Numbered from the stretch's first letter, positions 15,437-27,593 are shown. The stretch: DNA of 32,000 nt from Erysipelothrix inopinata (GCF_014396165.1 NZ_CP060715.1:420001-452000), one strand, 5' to 3'. The notes: generated by a model from the sequence alone, not told the origin. Program-made: numbers and translations.

Positions 15437-16117
15437 ATGGAAATTCTTAAAGTCAGTAACTTAACAAAAATATATAAATCCGGTGATGAGTCACTTTATG
15501 CACTGAATGATTTATCACTGTCTATCAATCGTGGCGAGTTTGTGGCGATTATGGGTCCAAGTGGTAGCGGCAAATCAACACTCTTACATATTTTAGGATG
15601 TGTCGATGAGCCTACATCAGGTTCTGTGACCATTGATGGTCATAATGTCAGTACTTTCAATGAAGAAAAACTAACACTTTTTAGAAGACGTCATATTGGT
15701 CTTGTATACCAATTCTATAATCTCATACCCATTCTTGATGTGGAGAACAATGTTAAACTTCCTCTTCTTCTCGATCAAACATCTGTTGACGAGGATTATT
15801 ATCAAGAGATTATTACACAGCTTGGATTACAAGACCGTTTAAATCACTTGCCTAATCAGCTCTCGGGGGGCCAACAGCAGCGTGTTTCAATTGCGAGAGC
15901 ACTTATATCACATCCTTCATTACTACTGGCTGATGAACCAACAGGAAACTTGGATCAGGCCAACTCACAAGAAATTATTGATATCCTCAAACACGCGCAC
16001 AAAGAGTATTCACAAACAATTATCCTAATCACTCATGACGAGACAATCGCTTCGCAAGCTGATCGTATTATCCACATTGAAGATGGAAAAATAATCAGAG
16101 ATGAGGTCTTACGATGA
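15437..16117 (+). CDS. ABC transporter ATP-binding protein (module 2), paralog of 12133..12813
   Basis: I prefer the start at MEILKVSNL because an AGAGGAG RBS lies 5 nt upstream. The Walker and signature motifs match module 1. The protein differs from module 1 at roughly 11 of 226 residues, and most differences fall in the first 61. Confidence 0.9.
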   Translation: MEILKVSNLTKIYKSGDESLYALNDLSLSINRGEFVAIMGPSGSGKSTLLHILGCVDEPTSGSVTIDGHNVSTFNEEKLTLFRRRHIGLVYQFYNLIPILDVENNVKLPLLLDQTSVDEDYYQEIITQLGLQDRLNHLPNQLSGGQQQRVSIARALISHPSLLLADEPTGNLDQANSQEIIDILKHAHKEYSQTIILITHDETIASQADRIIHIEDGKIIRDEVLR

Positions 16118-18699
16118 ACATAACCAAAAGAATAAGTTTACAAAACGTAAAAAAGAATTGGAAGGCGTCACTTCTAACGGTTATTAGTATTTCTCTTTCC
16201 GTCACCATGACAACTATGGTTGTCGCTTCTCTTTTTGGTGTTTATAAGACTTACGAAGAAGATGCTCTGTACAAAAGTTCAAAGTGGAATGTAATGATAC
16301 AACTTGAGGATGACGCAGATGAAATTATCAGGGCTCTTGGAGATGTTGTGGATTCCTATGCCATCGTAAGTGATAGTAAAGAAATAATATTAAATGACAA
16401 TCAAATGTTCGGAAATATATCGGTTTCTACTGTTGACTTCGAAGATAATTATTTACTTTTCTCAGATATGCTCAAAGAACATAGTAACTCTTTTGATGAT
16501 CTAATTATCGAAGGGCGAATGCCTCAAAATAAAGATGAACTCATTATCACTTCTCGATCAAAAATTGAACACGATTTAAACTTAGGTGATATTGTAACCG
16601 TGAAGCAAAACATCCCCATTGAAAATGGGCATTTTGAACCAAGACATTATTCAGACGCTACAATTGTAGGAATTACCGAAGAATCATCAATTGAAATTAC
16701 TCATTCGAGTGCGCTAATGTCTTTTGACACTTCTGATCCATATAAATATCTATATATCAAATTTAAACCTGGAACTAAAAGCATCGAAAATTTAATAGGA
16801 AACATCAAAAATAATGTTTTCCCCAGTAAACACAATCCGGAAGCAGCTCGTCATGTTAGATATAACAATAACTACAATTCAATTATCGGAATGCAATACA
16901 GTCTAGACTATACCAAGTTGGTTTTAGGAGGCTCATCTACTGTATTTATTGTTCTTTTATCTCTTGCTACATTTTCACTTATCACCAATGCATTCTATAA
17001 TAATATTCAAACACAGGTTCACGATTACGGTTTATTACGTAGCATCGGAGCCACAAAAAAACAACTAAAGTCTATGATACGATTTGAAGGATATATTCTA
17101 CTTACTATTGGATTAGTCTTAGGAATCGGACTTGGGTTTGGTATTAGTAAACTTCTACTCACATATATAAATAGCATTTTCACTTTTTCAAATCAAAATT
17201 TTGGAACTAGTTCTGATTGGGTTTTCTATCCCAGACTACCGTGGGAGGGTGTCCTTATTGTTACCGCCTTCTCATTCATTCTTGTTAGTTTCCCTTTAAA
17301 TTATTCAATCAAAAAACTCTTCAAAATGACTTCCATTGATGCAATTCGAGAAAACTCACGTTACTCAAGAAATAAGATTAAAATAAATTCAAAAAATCTC
17401 CCTAAATCTATGGCAAAACAATACAATATCTCTGATAAATCAAAATTTAAGGGAATTAAAATATCGTTGAGCATAACAATTGCGATATTCGTGACCACTA
17501 TGAGTTTTATTAAAATTGGTTTCGGTAATATGGGGGAATACAATACCTCTAGTTATAATGTTGAGATTAGACCTTCTGCTTATAATGCTTCATCAATAAG
17601 CAGTATAAAAAAAATCAATGAAGAAATAGACAATGTTTTATCTAATGACTCAAATACAGAAAACTACATTTTAATACCAGAATACTATGTTTCCATAAGA
17701 GATACTAATTCAAATCATTTGAAGTTTGTCGATGGAATTAAAGATGCAAATAACGAAATGAGTGATTACATTCCTCTTTGGGCTTTGAACGGAAAGTCGT
17801 TTGAGACTATTTACAACTCTCTAGACATAAATCAAAAAGGAATTGATACAATTTTTCTAAATTACTTTAGCAGTCTTGACTATACTTGGTATGATTCTTC
17901 CGAAAAATATGACGGCGCATTTTTTGATATTGATAGTTTAAATTCATTGTCGGTAGGAGCAGTAAATTTCGACAATGAATCCTCTGAGGAAGATGACCGC
18001 TTCAAATTTCAGTCTGTTTTTGATCTCCCTATTGACTATATATTAACTACACCTTTGCCCAATTTCGAGCAACTTGTAACTTCGCCAATACTCATTATGA
18101 ATGCTGACAGCCCTCGACTTAATTTTATTCAAGAAACCATGCACAGTACTGATTTAATATACCTAAATCGCATTACAGCAAAGATAGAATCCTCAGATAG
18201 TTTCTCAACGGTTAAACTGTTTGATGTAGATAAATATTATTCATCAAATCAAGATGTTGACAAAGCGATGCCAAAGCTTATTCAAAAAACAATTACAAAC
18301 ATACTCGTTTCAATTATGGCGTTTATCGTCCTTGTCTGTTTATTAAACGTTGTGAACATATCACTAACAAATCTCAACACTCGCAAACGTGAACTCGCTG
18401 CATTACGTTCAGTCGGGATGTCTCAAAAGCAAATTCAGAAAATGCTATTTTATGAAAGTGTTCGGTTAGTTTGGTCACCTTTAATATTTGGTACATTAAT
18501 AGGGGTTCTAGCTTCATTCTCTATAATCGTAATTGTGAATTTATTTGTTGTGAATGGGCAACCTCTCGCTTATGGTATAGACATTAAAGCAATACTTATT
18601 TCGTGGAGTATACTGCTTCTACTCATCGTATCAAATACAATCATCACAATTGTGAAAAGTAAAAATCATAGTATTATCGATAGCTTGCGTAACCTCTAA
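16114..18699 (+). CDS. Double-FtsX ABC permease (module 2), 861 aa, paralog of 12810..15392
   Basis: The start overlaps the ATPase gene with an ATGA and the layout is the same 8-TM, two-loop arrangement. TM and cytoplasmic segments are near-identical to module 1. The two large loops are strongly diverged and contain indels. Confidence 0.85.
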   Translation: MNITKRISLQNVKKNWKASLLTVISISLSVTMTTMVVASLFGVYKTYEEDALYKSSKWNVMIQLEDDADEIIRALGDVVDSYAIVSDSKEIILNDNQMFGNISVSTVDFEDNYLLFSDMLKEHSNSFDDLIIEGRMPQNKDELIITSRSKIEHDLNLGDIVTVKQNIPIENGHFEPRHYSDATIVGITEESSIEITHSSALMSFDTSDPYKYLYIKFKPGTKSIENLIGNIKNNVFPSKHNPEAARHVRYNNNYNSIIGMQYSLDYTKLVLGGSSTVFIVLLSLATFSLITNAFYNNIQTQVHDYGLLRSIGATKKQLKSMIRFEGYILLTIGLVLGIGLGFGISKLLLTYINSIFTFSNQNFGTSSDWVFYPRLPWEGVLIVTAFSFILVSFPLNYSIKKLFKMTSIDAIRENSRYSRNKIKINSKNLPKSMAKQYNISDKSKFKGIKISLSITIAIFVTTMSFIKIGFGNMGEYNTSSYNVEIRPSAYNASSISSIKKINEEIDNVLSNDSNTENYILIPEYYVSIRDTNSNHLKFVDGIKDANNEMSDYIPLWALNGKSFETIYNSLDINQKGIDTIFLNYFSSLDYTWYDSSEKYDGAFFDIDSLNSLSVGAVNFDNESSEEDDRFKFQSVFDLPIDYILTTPLPNFEQLVTSPILIMNADSPRLNFIQETMHSTDLIYLNRITAKIESSDSFSTVKLFDVDKYYSSNQDVDKAMPKLIQKTITNILVSIMAFIVLVCLLNVVNISLTNLNTRKRELAALRSVGMSQKQIQKMLFYESVRLVWSPLIFGTLIGVLASFSIIVIVNLFVVNGQPLAYGIDIKAILISWSILLLLIVSNTIITIVKSKNHSIIDSLRNL

Positions 18700-18702
18700 G
18701 AA

Positions 18703-18727
18703 AAGACGTCACAAATTGTGACGTCTT
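18703..18727. terminator. Bidirectional terminator between convergent permease 2 and tpx
   Basis: A perfect 10-bp stem, aagacgtcac with gtgacgtctt, has a 5-nt loop. U-rich sequence follows on both transcripts (ttttctt on the minus RNA, aatttatttt on the plus RNA). The hairpin overlaps the tpx stop codon. Confidence 0.75.
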
Positions 18728-19217
18728 AATTTATTTTATTTAGATAACCTATAACCGCCTTATAATCAGGCTCATCAGTGATGTTTTTTGTTACGTATAT
18801 CTTCTCAATATAGCCTAATTCATCAACAATCATAACAGTACGCGCGTACTTATTAATGATTGGAATCCATACACCTAAGCGTTTCGCAATATCACCTGAC
18901 TTATCACTGATCATTGTTGCTTTCAAACCTTCTTGAGCACACCAGTGGAGAAAGTCGTTATTTGAGTTTGTTGAAATGCTTACGAGTTGGACACGATCAT
19001 CATTTTGAAATGATTCAATAAACTTACGTGTTTGAATAGAGCATACTTTGGTATTTATATCAGGGAACGTACTAATAACTGTTTTCTTCCCTAATAAATT
19101 TACATGTGAGAAAGTATCACCATACACCGTTTCTACATCGAAATAGGGAAATTTCTTTCCAAGTACGAGTTCACTCTCTTTTAAATTCAGTGGAATTCCG
19201 AATACTTTTGTTTTCAT
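18726..19217 (-). CDS. tpx: Thiol peroxidase (atypical 2-Cys peroxiredoxin, Tpx family)
   Basis: The 163-aa protein has STFPDINTKVCSIQTRKF, matching the Tpx peroxidatic-Cys motif (E. coli SVFPSIDTGVCAASVRKF). The resolving-Cys context is HWCAQEGL. A strong AGGAGG RBS is present. Confidence 0.85.
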   Translation of the reverse strand: MKTKVFGIPLNLKESELVLGKKFPYFDVETVYGDTFSHVNLLGKKTVISTFPDINTKVCSIQTRKFIESFQNDDRVQLVSISTNSNNDFLHWCAQEGLKATMISDKSGDIAKRLGVWIPIINKYARTVMIVDELGYIEKIYVTKNITDEPDYKAVIGYLNKIN

Positions 19218-19226
19218 ACAGACCTC

Positions 19227-19691
19227 CTAAAACATTTGTCCGTTAAGTAGGACATATTTCATAAATTGTTTTTCAATAACATGGTTGTAATCTTCAATGT
19301 ATTTCAAATGTTCTTTATCCATATTTAATGGTAAATGTTCAAGATCAAAAAATTCTATTTGTGTTTGATTTTCTTTAAATTTAAATAAATCTGTATAGTA
19401 TACTGTTGTAACGATAAATAATTCTTCTTCAAATGCTTCTTGTCTTTCAGTAAATGCATTTGAAATGATTAAGTTTTCAATTTCTAAATTAAATTCATTG
19501 ATGCAATCTTGTGTTAAAGATGCTTCTAAAGTTTCTTTCGGGTGAATCGTTGTCTCAGGTAGTTGCCATAGGTTACTATCATGAGTACTTTGAAGCAGTC
19601 CAATACGATTCTCTTCATCAACGAGAATTAAAACAGCTTTAGGAATAAATGTAGAACGTGGTTGTTGCGTTTTCTTCTTAAAATGTTTCAT
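19227..19691 (-). CDS. Nudix-fold protein with a degenerate Nudix box
   Basis: I prefer the start at MKHFKKK because a GGAGG RBS lies 8 nt upstream. The segment WQLPETTIHPKETLEASLTQDCINEFNLEI aligns to the Nudix box GX5EX7REUXEEXGU, but with G->T, RE->QD, EE->NE and G->N. The gene stops 9 nt before the tpx start. Confidence 0.55.
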   Translation of the reverse strand: MKHFKKKTQQPRSTFIPKAVLILVDEENRIGLLQSTHDSNLWQLPETTIHPKETLEASLTQDCINEFNLEIENLIISNAFTERQEAFEEELFIVTTVYYTDLFKFKENQTQIEFFDLEHLPLNMDKEHLKYIEDYNHVIEKQFMKYVLLNGQMF

Positions 19692-19712
19692 GGGAATTGC
19701 CTCCATGAACAT

Positions 19713-19741
19713 ATTATCAACCGTATCGAAGTTGGTTTCAA
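19713..19741 (-). promoter_or_regulatory. Candidate sigma-A promoter for the nudix-like/tpx operon
   Basis: On the minus strand the sequence reads TTGAAA (19736-19741), then a 17-nt spacer, then GATAAT (19713-19718). It lies immediately upstream of the GGAGG RBS. Confidence 0.5.
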
Positions 19742-19849
19742 GTCATTCACACGCTTTTACATACTTCCACAAATAATTGCAAAAATTATGAAACAATTTT
19801 AAAATTACCATTTCAGGCTTATTATTGCGGTATTCTAACACTATGAACA

Positions 19850-19886
19850 TAAAAGGAAACATCCCAAATGTGATGTTTCCTCTTTT
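19850..19886 (-). terminator. Rho-independent terminator after tgt (hairpin usable in both directions)
   Basis: A perfect 10-bp stem, aggaaacatc (19854-19863) with gatgtttcct (19872-19881), has an 8-nt loop and is flanked by A and T runs. On the minus RNA it is followed by UUUUAUGUU. Confidence 0.7.
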
Positions 19887-19925
19887 ATATTTCATATGAT
19901 TTTCATATTTAAAGATTCTATTTGA

Positions 19926-22912
<2,987 letters not shown>

Positions 22913-23021
22913 TTTATCGTCTCTTTTCCGTTAACTGGTCTATTATACATGAATTCACAGCAAAATTACAGTTTTTTCATCCTGCACCTTGACATTTCAC
23001 AAATTGTTCGTATTTGAATCC

Positions 23022-23810
23022 TTATTTTGTAGGATTCTTAGCAAAAGGAATGGTTTCTCCTTTTTGAATTGTTGTGATAAAAGGACCATCCGCTGTGATT
23101 GCAAGTGTGTGTTCATATTGGCAACTTAAACAACCATCTACAGTACGTGCTGTCCATCCATTACTATCTAATTTAGCATGACCTGTGGTTTGATTTACAA
23201 TTGGTTCAATGGTAATAACCATACCTTCTTTTAAACGCGCACCCGTGCCCTTAATTCCCGTAAAAGGAACCATAGGTGACTCATGTATGGTTGGTCCCAA
23301 TCCGTGTCCTGAGAAGTCTAAAGACATTCTATAACCAAATTTTTGAATATACTCATCCATAACTGCACCAATATCTCCGGTACGTTTTCCAACTTGAGCT
23401 TGTTCAAGACCTAAGTATAATGCTTCTTGGGTTACTTCCATTAATTGTTTTACGTCTTCGCTTGGATTATTTCCGACACAATATGCCCAGCATGAATCGG
23501 ATAGAAATCCATTAAGATCCACACAGAAGTCAACCTTTACAAGATCACCATCTTTGAGTTTCTTGTGAGTTGGAAATCCATGACACATTTCATCGTTAAC
23601 ACTACAGCAGGTTGCGAACTTATAACCTTCATATCCAATTTGAGCTGCAGTTCCACCGTTATCTTCAATCATTTTTTGTACGAATTTATCAATATCATGA
23701 GTTGATATCCCTGCTTTAATATAGTCTCGTAACGCTTCATGAATTGAAGCTAATAGCTTACCGGATTCATGCATTCCTTCAATTTCTCTTTGTGATTTAA
23801 TAGTTATCAT
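23022..23810 (-). CDS. map: Type I methionine aminopeptidase
   Basis: The 262-aa protein has the MetAP pita-bread metal-ligand contexts (VKVDFCVDLNGFLSDS, GHGLG, ITIEP, QYEHT). Confidence 0.92.
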   Translation of the reverse strand: MITIKSQREIEGMHESGKLLASIHEALRDYIKAGISTHDIDKFVQKMIEDNGGTAAQIGYEGYKFATCCSVNDEMCHGFPTHKKLKDGDLVKVDFCVDLNGFLSDSCWAYCVGNNPSEDVKQLMEVTQEALYLGLEQAQVGKRTGDIGAVMDEYIQKFGYRMSLDFSGHGLGPTIHESPMVPFTGIKGTGARLKEGMVITIEPIVNQTTGHAKLDSNGWTARTVDGCLSCQYEHTLAITADGPFITTIQKGETIPFAKNPTK

Positions 23811-23868
23811 TTTAATACCTCATTTCAACTCTTTCATTATACTCGTTATTATTCATTTTGCCTAATCA

Positions 23869-23897
23869 CTAAAAAGTCTCACCGAAGTGAGACTTAA
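23869..23897 (-). terminator. Rho-independent terminator after ldh
   Basis: A 9-bp stem, aagtctcac with gtgagactt, closes a UUCG tetraloop on the minus RNA. U residues follow. The hairpin begins a few nt after the ldh stop at 23901-23903. Confidence 0.75.
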
Positions 23898-23900
23898 AAA

Positions 23901-24842
23901 CTATAAGTTTGATGCGTCAATAATATCCTTCAACATTTTTGCTGACTCTTGAAGTGCACTAACTTCAGCAGAGCTATATGGCACTTCCACAACATGTTGG
24001 ACACCAGAGCGGCCAATAATTGTAGGAACCGAAATATACACATCATCAATTCCATAGTCTCCACTTTGAAGTGTTGATACAGTAAGAATTGATCGTTCAT
24101 CACGTAAGATTGCTTCTACAATACGTGTAATTGCTAAGGCTACAGCGTAGTTTGTATATCCTTTACGGTTGATAATTTCATAAGCTGCAGTTTTTACATC
24201 ATATGTAATGCTTTCTGCCATTTCTTGATTAAAGTCAATATTCATCATCTTACAGTATTGATCAATAGTGAGTCCTGCAATGGTTGTGAGTGACCATGTC
24301 GCAATTTCACTATCACCGTGTTCACCAATGATGTTTGCATGAATGTTTCGAGCATCAACCTCAAAACGATTTGCAAGAATTGATTGGAAACGTGCCGTAT
24401 CAAGTACCGTACCTGATCCAATAACACGTTCTGCAGGGAATCCTGATAATTGGTAGGTTATCTGTGCGAGGATATCTACAGGGTTAGAAACTACAAGTAA
24501 AATTGAGTCCGGATTGTATTTCACAATTTGAGGAATCATCTGCTTGTAAATTTCGATATTTCTATTTACAAGGTCGATTCGTGTTTCTCCAGGTTTTTGT
24601 GCCATACCTGCAGTAATAATTACAATATCCGAATCTTTCGTATCAGGATAATCTCCTGCAACAATTTTAACGGGTGAAACAAATACTTGTCCTTGACCTA
24701 AGTCCATTGCTTCTCCTTGTGCTTTGTCGTTATTAATATCAACAATCACAATTTCCGAAGCAACGTTTTGATTCATTAATGCAAATGCTGTTGTTGAGCC
24801 AACAAATCCAGCACCAATAATTGAAATCTTATTTGTCTTCAT
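23901..24842 (-). CDS. ldh: L-lactate dehydrogenase
   Basis: The 313-aa protein has the Rossmann motif [26 protein letters not shown] and the catalytic GEHGDS. An AAGGAGA RBS is present. Confidence 0.92.
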   Translation of the reverse strand: MKTNKISIIGAGFVGSTTAFALMNQNVASEIVIVDINNDKAQGEAMDLGQGQVFVSPVKIVAGDYPDTKDSDIVIITAGMAQKPGETRIDLVNRNIEIYKQMIPQIVKYNPDSILLVVSNPVDILAQITYQLSGFPAERVIGSGTVLDTARFQSILANRFEVDARNIHANIIGEHGDSEIATWSLTTIAGLTIDQYCKMMNIDFNQEMAESITYDVKTAAYEIINRKGYTNYAVALAITRIVEAILRDERSILTVSTLQSGDYGIDDVYISVPTIIGRSGVQHVVEVPYSSAEVSALQESAKMLKDIIDASNL

Positions 24843-24954
24843 ATTCTATCTCCTTTATGGTCTTATCATACCAAATATCCCATAATATCACTATAAATTA
24901 ACTTGGTATTTATCAATTATTTTTGTTATGCTTATTTATAAGGGGTGTACCAAA

Positions 24955-26196
24955 ATGTATGATAAATTTTATAAAAAAACAACCGATGAACGACGTGCTG
25001 TTTTAAAGGCAGATAATCGTTATCTTAAAGCACTCGATTACCCACTTCCTCAAGACATTTATGAACAAATGATTGAGAATGCGGTAACTACGTATGAAAT
25101 ACCGATGGGTGTCGCTCTGAATTTTTTAATCAACGATAAAGACTATATTATTCCAATGGTTACTGAGGAACCTTCTGTTATTGCGGCAGCAAGTAATGCT
25201 GCGAAAATAATTCGAGAAAATGGCGGCTTTATGGCTCAAGTACTCGAGCGTACTATGATTGGCCAAATTGCTTTCAAAAATCCAAAGAATCATGAATCCA
25301 TGATGGCATATATTGATGAGAAAGAAAGAGAACTCGCTAATGTAGGTCATAACGCATATCCAAGCATTGTGAAACGCGGTGGTGGTGTCCGTTCAATTCG
25401 TTATGAATATAAGGAACACTCTGATGATGCGAAGTTTTTTATCATCTATGTTTCTGTAGATACTCAAGAAGCAATGGGTGCAAACATCATGAATACGATG
25501 CTTGAAGCCATGGCAAGCTATCTTCAAAGTAAGTTCCAAGATGAACCGTTGATGTCCATCTTATCCAATCTTTCAACTGAATGTTTGGTAGAAGCCACAT
25601 GCATCATCGATCCGAAAACACTAAAAAATCCAGACGTTATTGCGGAAAGAATTCTTTCTGCAAGTCAACTTGCTGAAGTTGATCCCTATCGTGCAACTAC
25701 CCACAATAAAGGAATTATGAATGGTATCGATGCTGTTGTAATTGCTACGGGTAATGACTGGCGTGCGATTGAAGCGTGTTCTCATGCCTTCGCTTCCCAA
25801 TCCGGTTCTTATCAACCCCTCGTAAGATGGTCTGTTGATAACGATGGTATGATTGTTGGACACATTCTTATGCCAATGCCAATTGGCGCTGTTGGCGGTT
25901 CGATTGGTATTCATCCAAAAGCACAACTTGCTAAAGAAATATTGAAATACGAATCCGCTTCTGAACTCATGGAAATTCTCGCATGCGTTGGACTTGCCCA
26001 AAACTTTGCTGCCATCTATGCACTCACTACTGTTGGTATCCAAAAGGGACATATGGCATTGCAAGCTCGATCTTTAGCAATCCAAGCAGGATGCCCTATG
26101 GATCATCTCGATCAGGTTGTAAAGCAACTCACAATGATTAAACCTATGAACCTTGAAAGTGCAAAGCGAATCATTGAATCATTGACCTCAAAATAA
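24955..26196 (+). CDS. mvaA: Class II hydroxymethylglutaryl-CoA reductase
   Basis: I prefer the start at MYDKFYKK because an AAGGGG RBS lies upstream. Class II motifs are present: TEEPSVIAAASNAAK, EAMGANIMNT, ATGNDWRA, GAVGGS and ALTTVGIQKGHM. Confidence 0.88.
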   Translation: MYDKFYKKTTDERRAVLKADNRYLKALDYPLPQDIYEQMIENAVTTYEIPMGVALNFLINDKDYIIPMVTEEPSVIAAASNAAKIIRENGGFMAQVLERTMIGQIAFKNPKNHESMMAYIDEKERELANVGHNAYPSIVKRGGGVRSIRYEYKEHSDDAKFFIIYVSVDTQEAMGANIMNTMLEAMASYLQSKFQDEPLMSILSNLSTECLVEATCIIDPKTLKNPDVIAERILSASQLAEVDPYRATTHNKGIMNGIDAVVIATGNDWRAIEACSHAFASQSGSYQPLVRWSVDNDGMIVGHILMPMPIGAVGGSIGIHPKAQLAKEILKYESASELMEILACVGLAQNFAAIYALTTVGIQKGHMALQARSLAIQAGCPMDHLDQVVKQLTMIKPMNLESAKRIIESLTSK

Positions 26197-26214
26197 TTAT
26201 CTAAGTATTCTTCT

Positions 26215-26250
26215 AAAGCTAACGACTGCAAACATGTCGTTAGCTTTTTT
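26215..26250 (+). terminator. Rho-independent terminator after mvaA
   Basis: A 12-bp stem, aaagctaacgac with gtcgttagcttt, has a 9-nt loop and runs into T6. Confidence 0.7.
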
Positions 26251-26342
26251 ACTAAAAAACTCTGCAGAAGGTCACAATATTACTACGTGCTCAATCAACA
26301 GAGTCCAATTTTTTTATAATTACTCTATAAGATTTATTTCAT

Positions 26343-27593
26343 TTATAATCGGTAGACTTCTTTTTTTATTACAATAGATCCAGGCTTCTTTACTTGTTTA
26401 TCTAAATAATCGTAATATGCACCTGGTGTCGCAATTCCACTAATTTGGAATAACTTCATTCCAGTAGCTTCGACAATCTGATCCGCAACAATTACACAAT
26501 TAGTTGTAAAGACATTGTATGTCCTGAACTTACCATCAAAGAATTTGTAGAAATTGAGTCTGAGATTGTTTTGAATCAATCGTGTTAGGTAATGCTCTCC
26601 CTCAGGATCTTTTTCATCCGGATATTCGTAGTAATAGGATAACTTTAGAATTGATTCAATTTGGTCTTCTATTTGTAGTGATTGATCTGGTGTTAAACGA
26701 CAAACAAATCTAAAGACGATGGTGTTTGTATCCACAGCATACTGAACAAAGTCTTTCTCACTTCCAACAATCAGAACCCCATCCCCATACGCCATTGATT
26801 TTGCCCGATTGTATGGGTCGTGTGCCCCATAAGAATAGATAGAACCATTATAACCAATATCTAGATGTCCCATTTGTTCAAACCCATCATCTTTAGTATA
26901 TAAGTAGATGGATAAATAGTCTCCTTTGGTTTCTTCAACAACATGTTTGAAGTACTCTGGGTTATTCTTAGCTGTTTCGCGAGTTTTCTTTGCAAGGAAT
27001 GCTGGCATGAATGCAGCGAGAACAACCGGAGCAGAAAGTTTCCCACCAATTTCATGTAGAAATAGAATACGAACCGTAGAAATCATTTGAATCGCACCTA
27101 ATAAAGCGATATAAGAACCAATCTGCAAATTAATAATATAGCGATTTTCAACACCACTAAAGATTAATAGAAATCCCATTCCCGCTGAGAAAAGTGCATA
27201 CAGAAAATGCATAATCTTTCCCTTTGTGTTGTCCTTATAAGCAACGTACATCTCTAGGCCATGGACACCCGCATTAAACAATGCCCAAACTCCCGCTAAG
27301 CCAGCCACCAACTCAACATATAATGTTGAACTTTGCATTAAGATGGTCAAAAAGACACCCGCACCAATGGCAATAAGTCCTTGAAATGGATTTCGATTAA
27401 AGAAGAGTCGGTATATTGCTGTAACGATTGTCGCAATCAATACTGATACCAGACCCCAATAAATCGAAGACCACAATATATCCTGCTTAAAGACAATCAC
27501 TAAACCCAGGATTATGTATAAAATACTCAATAACATTTGTAATACAAGCCCAAGTTTCTCCCGAGTTGTAAATAGATCTCCCTTATACTTCAT
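26343..27593 (-). CDS. Multi-pass membrane protein with a C-terminal soluble domain carrying a His...Asn-Cys motif; function unknown
   Basis: The 416-aa protein has about 6-7 TM helices over its first 200 residues or so, resembling HdeD/DUF308-type repeats. A domain of about 210 aa follows, with MGHLDIGYNGSIYSYGAHD and later YNVFTTNCVIVADQIVE. An AAGAGG RBS is present. Confidence 0.7.
   Translation of the reverse strand: MKYKGDLFTTREKLGLVLQMLLSILYIILGLVIVFKQDILWSSIYWGLVSVLIATIVTAIYRLFFNRNPFQGLIAIGAGVFLTILMQSSTLYVELVAGLAGVWALFNAGVHGLEMYVAYKDNTKGKIMHFLYALFSAGMGFLLIFSGVENRYIINLQIGSYIALLGAIQMISTVRILFLHEIGGKLSAPVVLAAFMPAFLAKKTRETAKNNPEYFKHVVEETKGDYLSIYLYTKDDGFEQMGHLDIGYNGSIYSYGAHDPYNRAKSMAYGDGVLIVGSEKDFVQYAVDTNTIVFRFVCRLTPDQSLQIEDQIESILKLSYYYEYPDEKDPEGEHYLTRLIQNNLRLNFYKFFDGKFRTYNVFTTNCVIVADQIVEATGMKLFQISGIATPGAYYDYLDKQVKKPGSIVIKKEVYRL

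Larger units (their letters stand above)
12133..18699 (+). repeat. Tandem direct duplication of an ATPase+permease unit (about 3.3 kb period; copy 1 at 12133-15392, copy 2 at 15437-18699)
   Basis: The start-to-start offset is 3304 nt. The two copies can be aligned by hand along their whole length. Nucleotide identity ranges from about 96-97% (12325-12958 against 15629-16262) to barely alignable in the loop-coding parts. Confidence 0.9.

Noticed and set aside
10487-18699. Whether the TCS and double ABC block is a mobile or horizontally acquired island inserted between tgt and queA.
   Set aside because: There is no integrase, transposase, IS end, flanking direct repeat or tRNA. Base composition and codon style look like the neighbouring housekeeping genes by eye. 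I cannot exclude ancient acquisition, but nothing in the sequence supports mobility.
24903-24916. An imperfect palindrome TTGGTATTTATCAA in the ldh/mvaA divergent region, as a possible Rex or CcpA (cre) site.
   Set aside because: Its length and half-sites match neither the Rex box (TTGTGAA-N4-TTCACAA) nor the cre consensus (WTGNAANCGNWNNCW). Only 5 of 7 positions are symmetric in an AT-rich spacer.
25621-26064. A 147-aa ORF antisense to mvaA. Similar antisense or alternative-frame ORFs occur inside strong CDSs: 1108..1302, 1468..1650, 3946..4269, 4620..4802, 5423..5656, 6188..6373, 9835..10020, 13052..13315, 21846..22112, 24245..24427, 25126..25350, 26861..27055, 28342..28560, 29527..29733, 30427..30654, 30443..30652 and 30805..31140.
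   Set aside because: Each is fully embedded in a longer ORF whose product has clear family motifs. None has a convincing RBS or recognisable motifs, and their composition is typical of out-of-frame translation.
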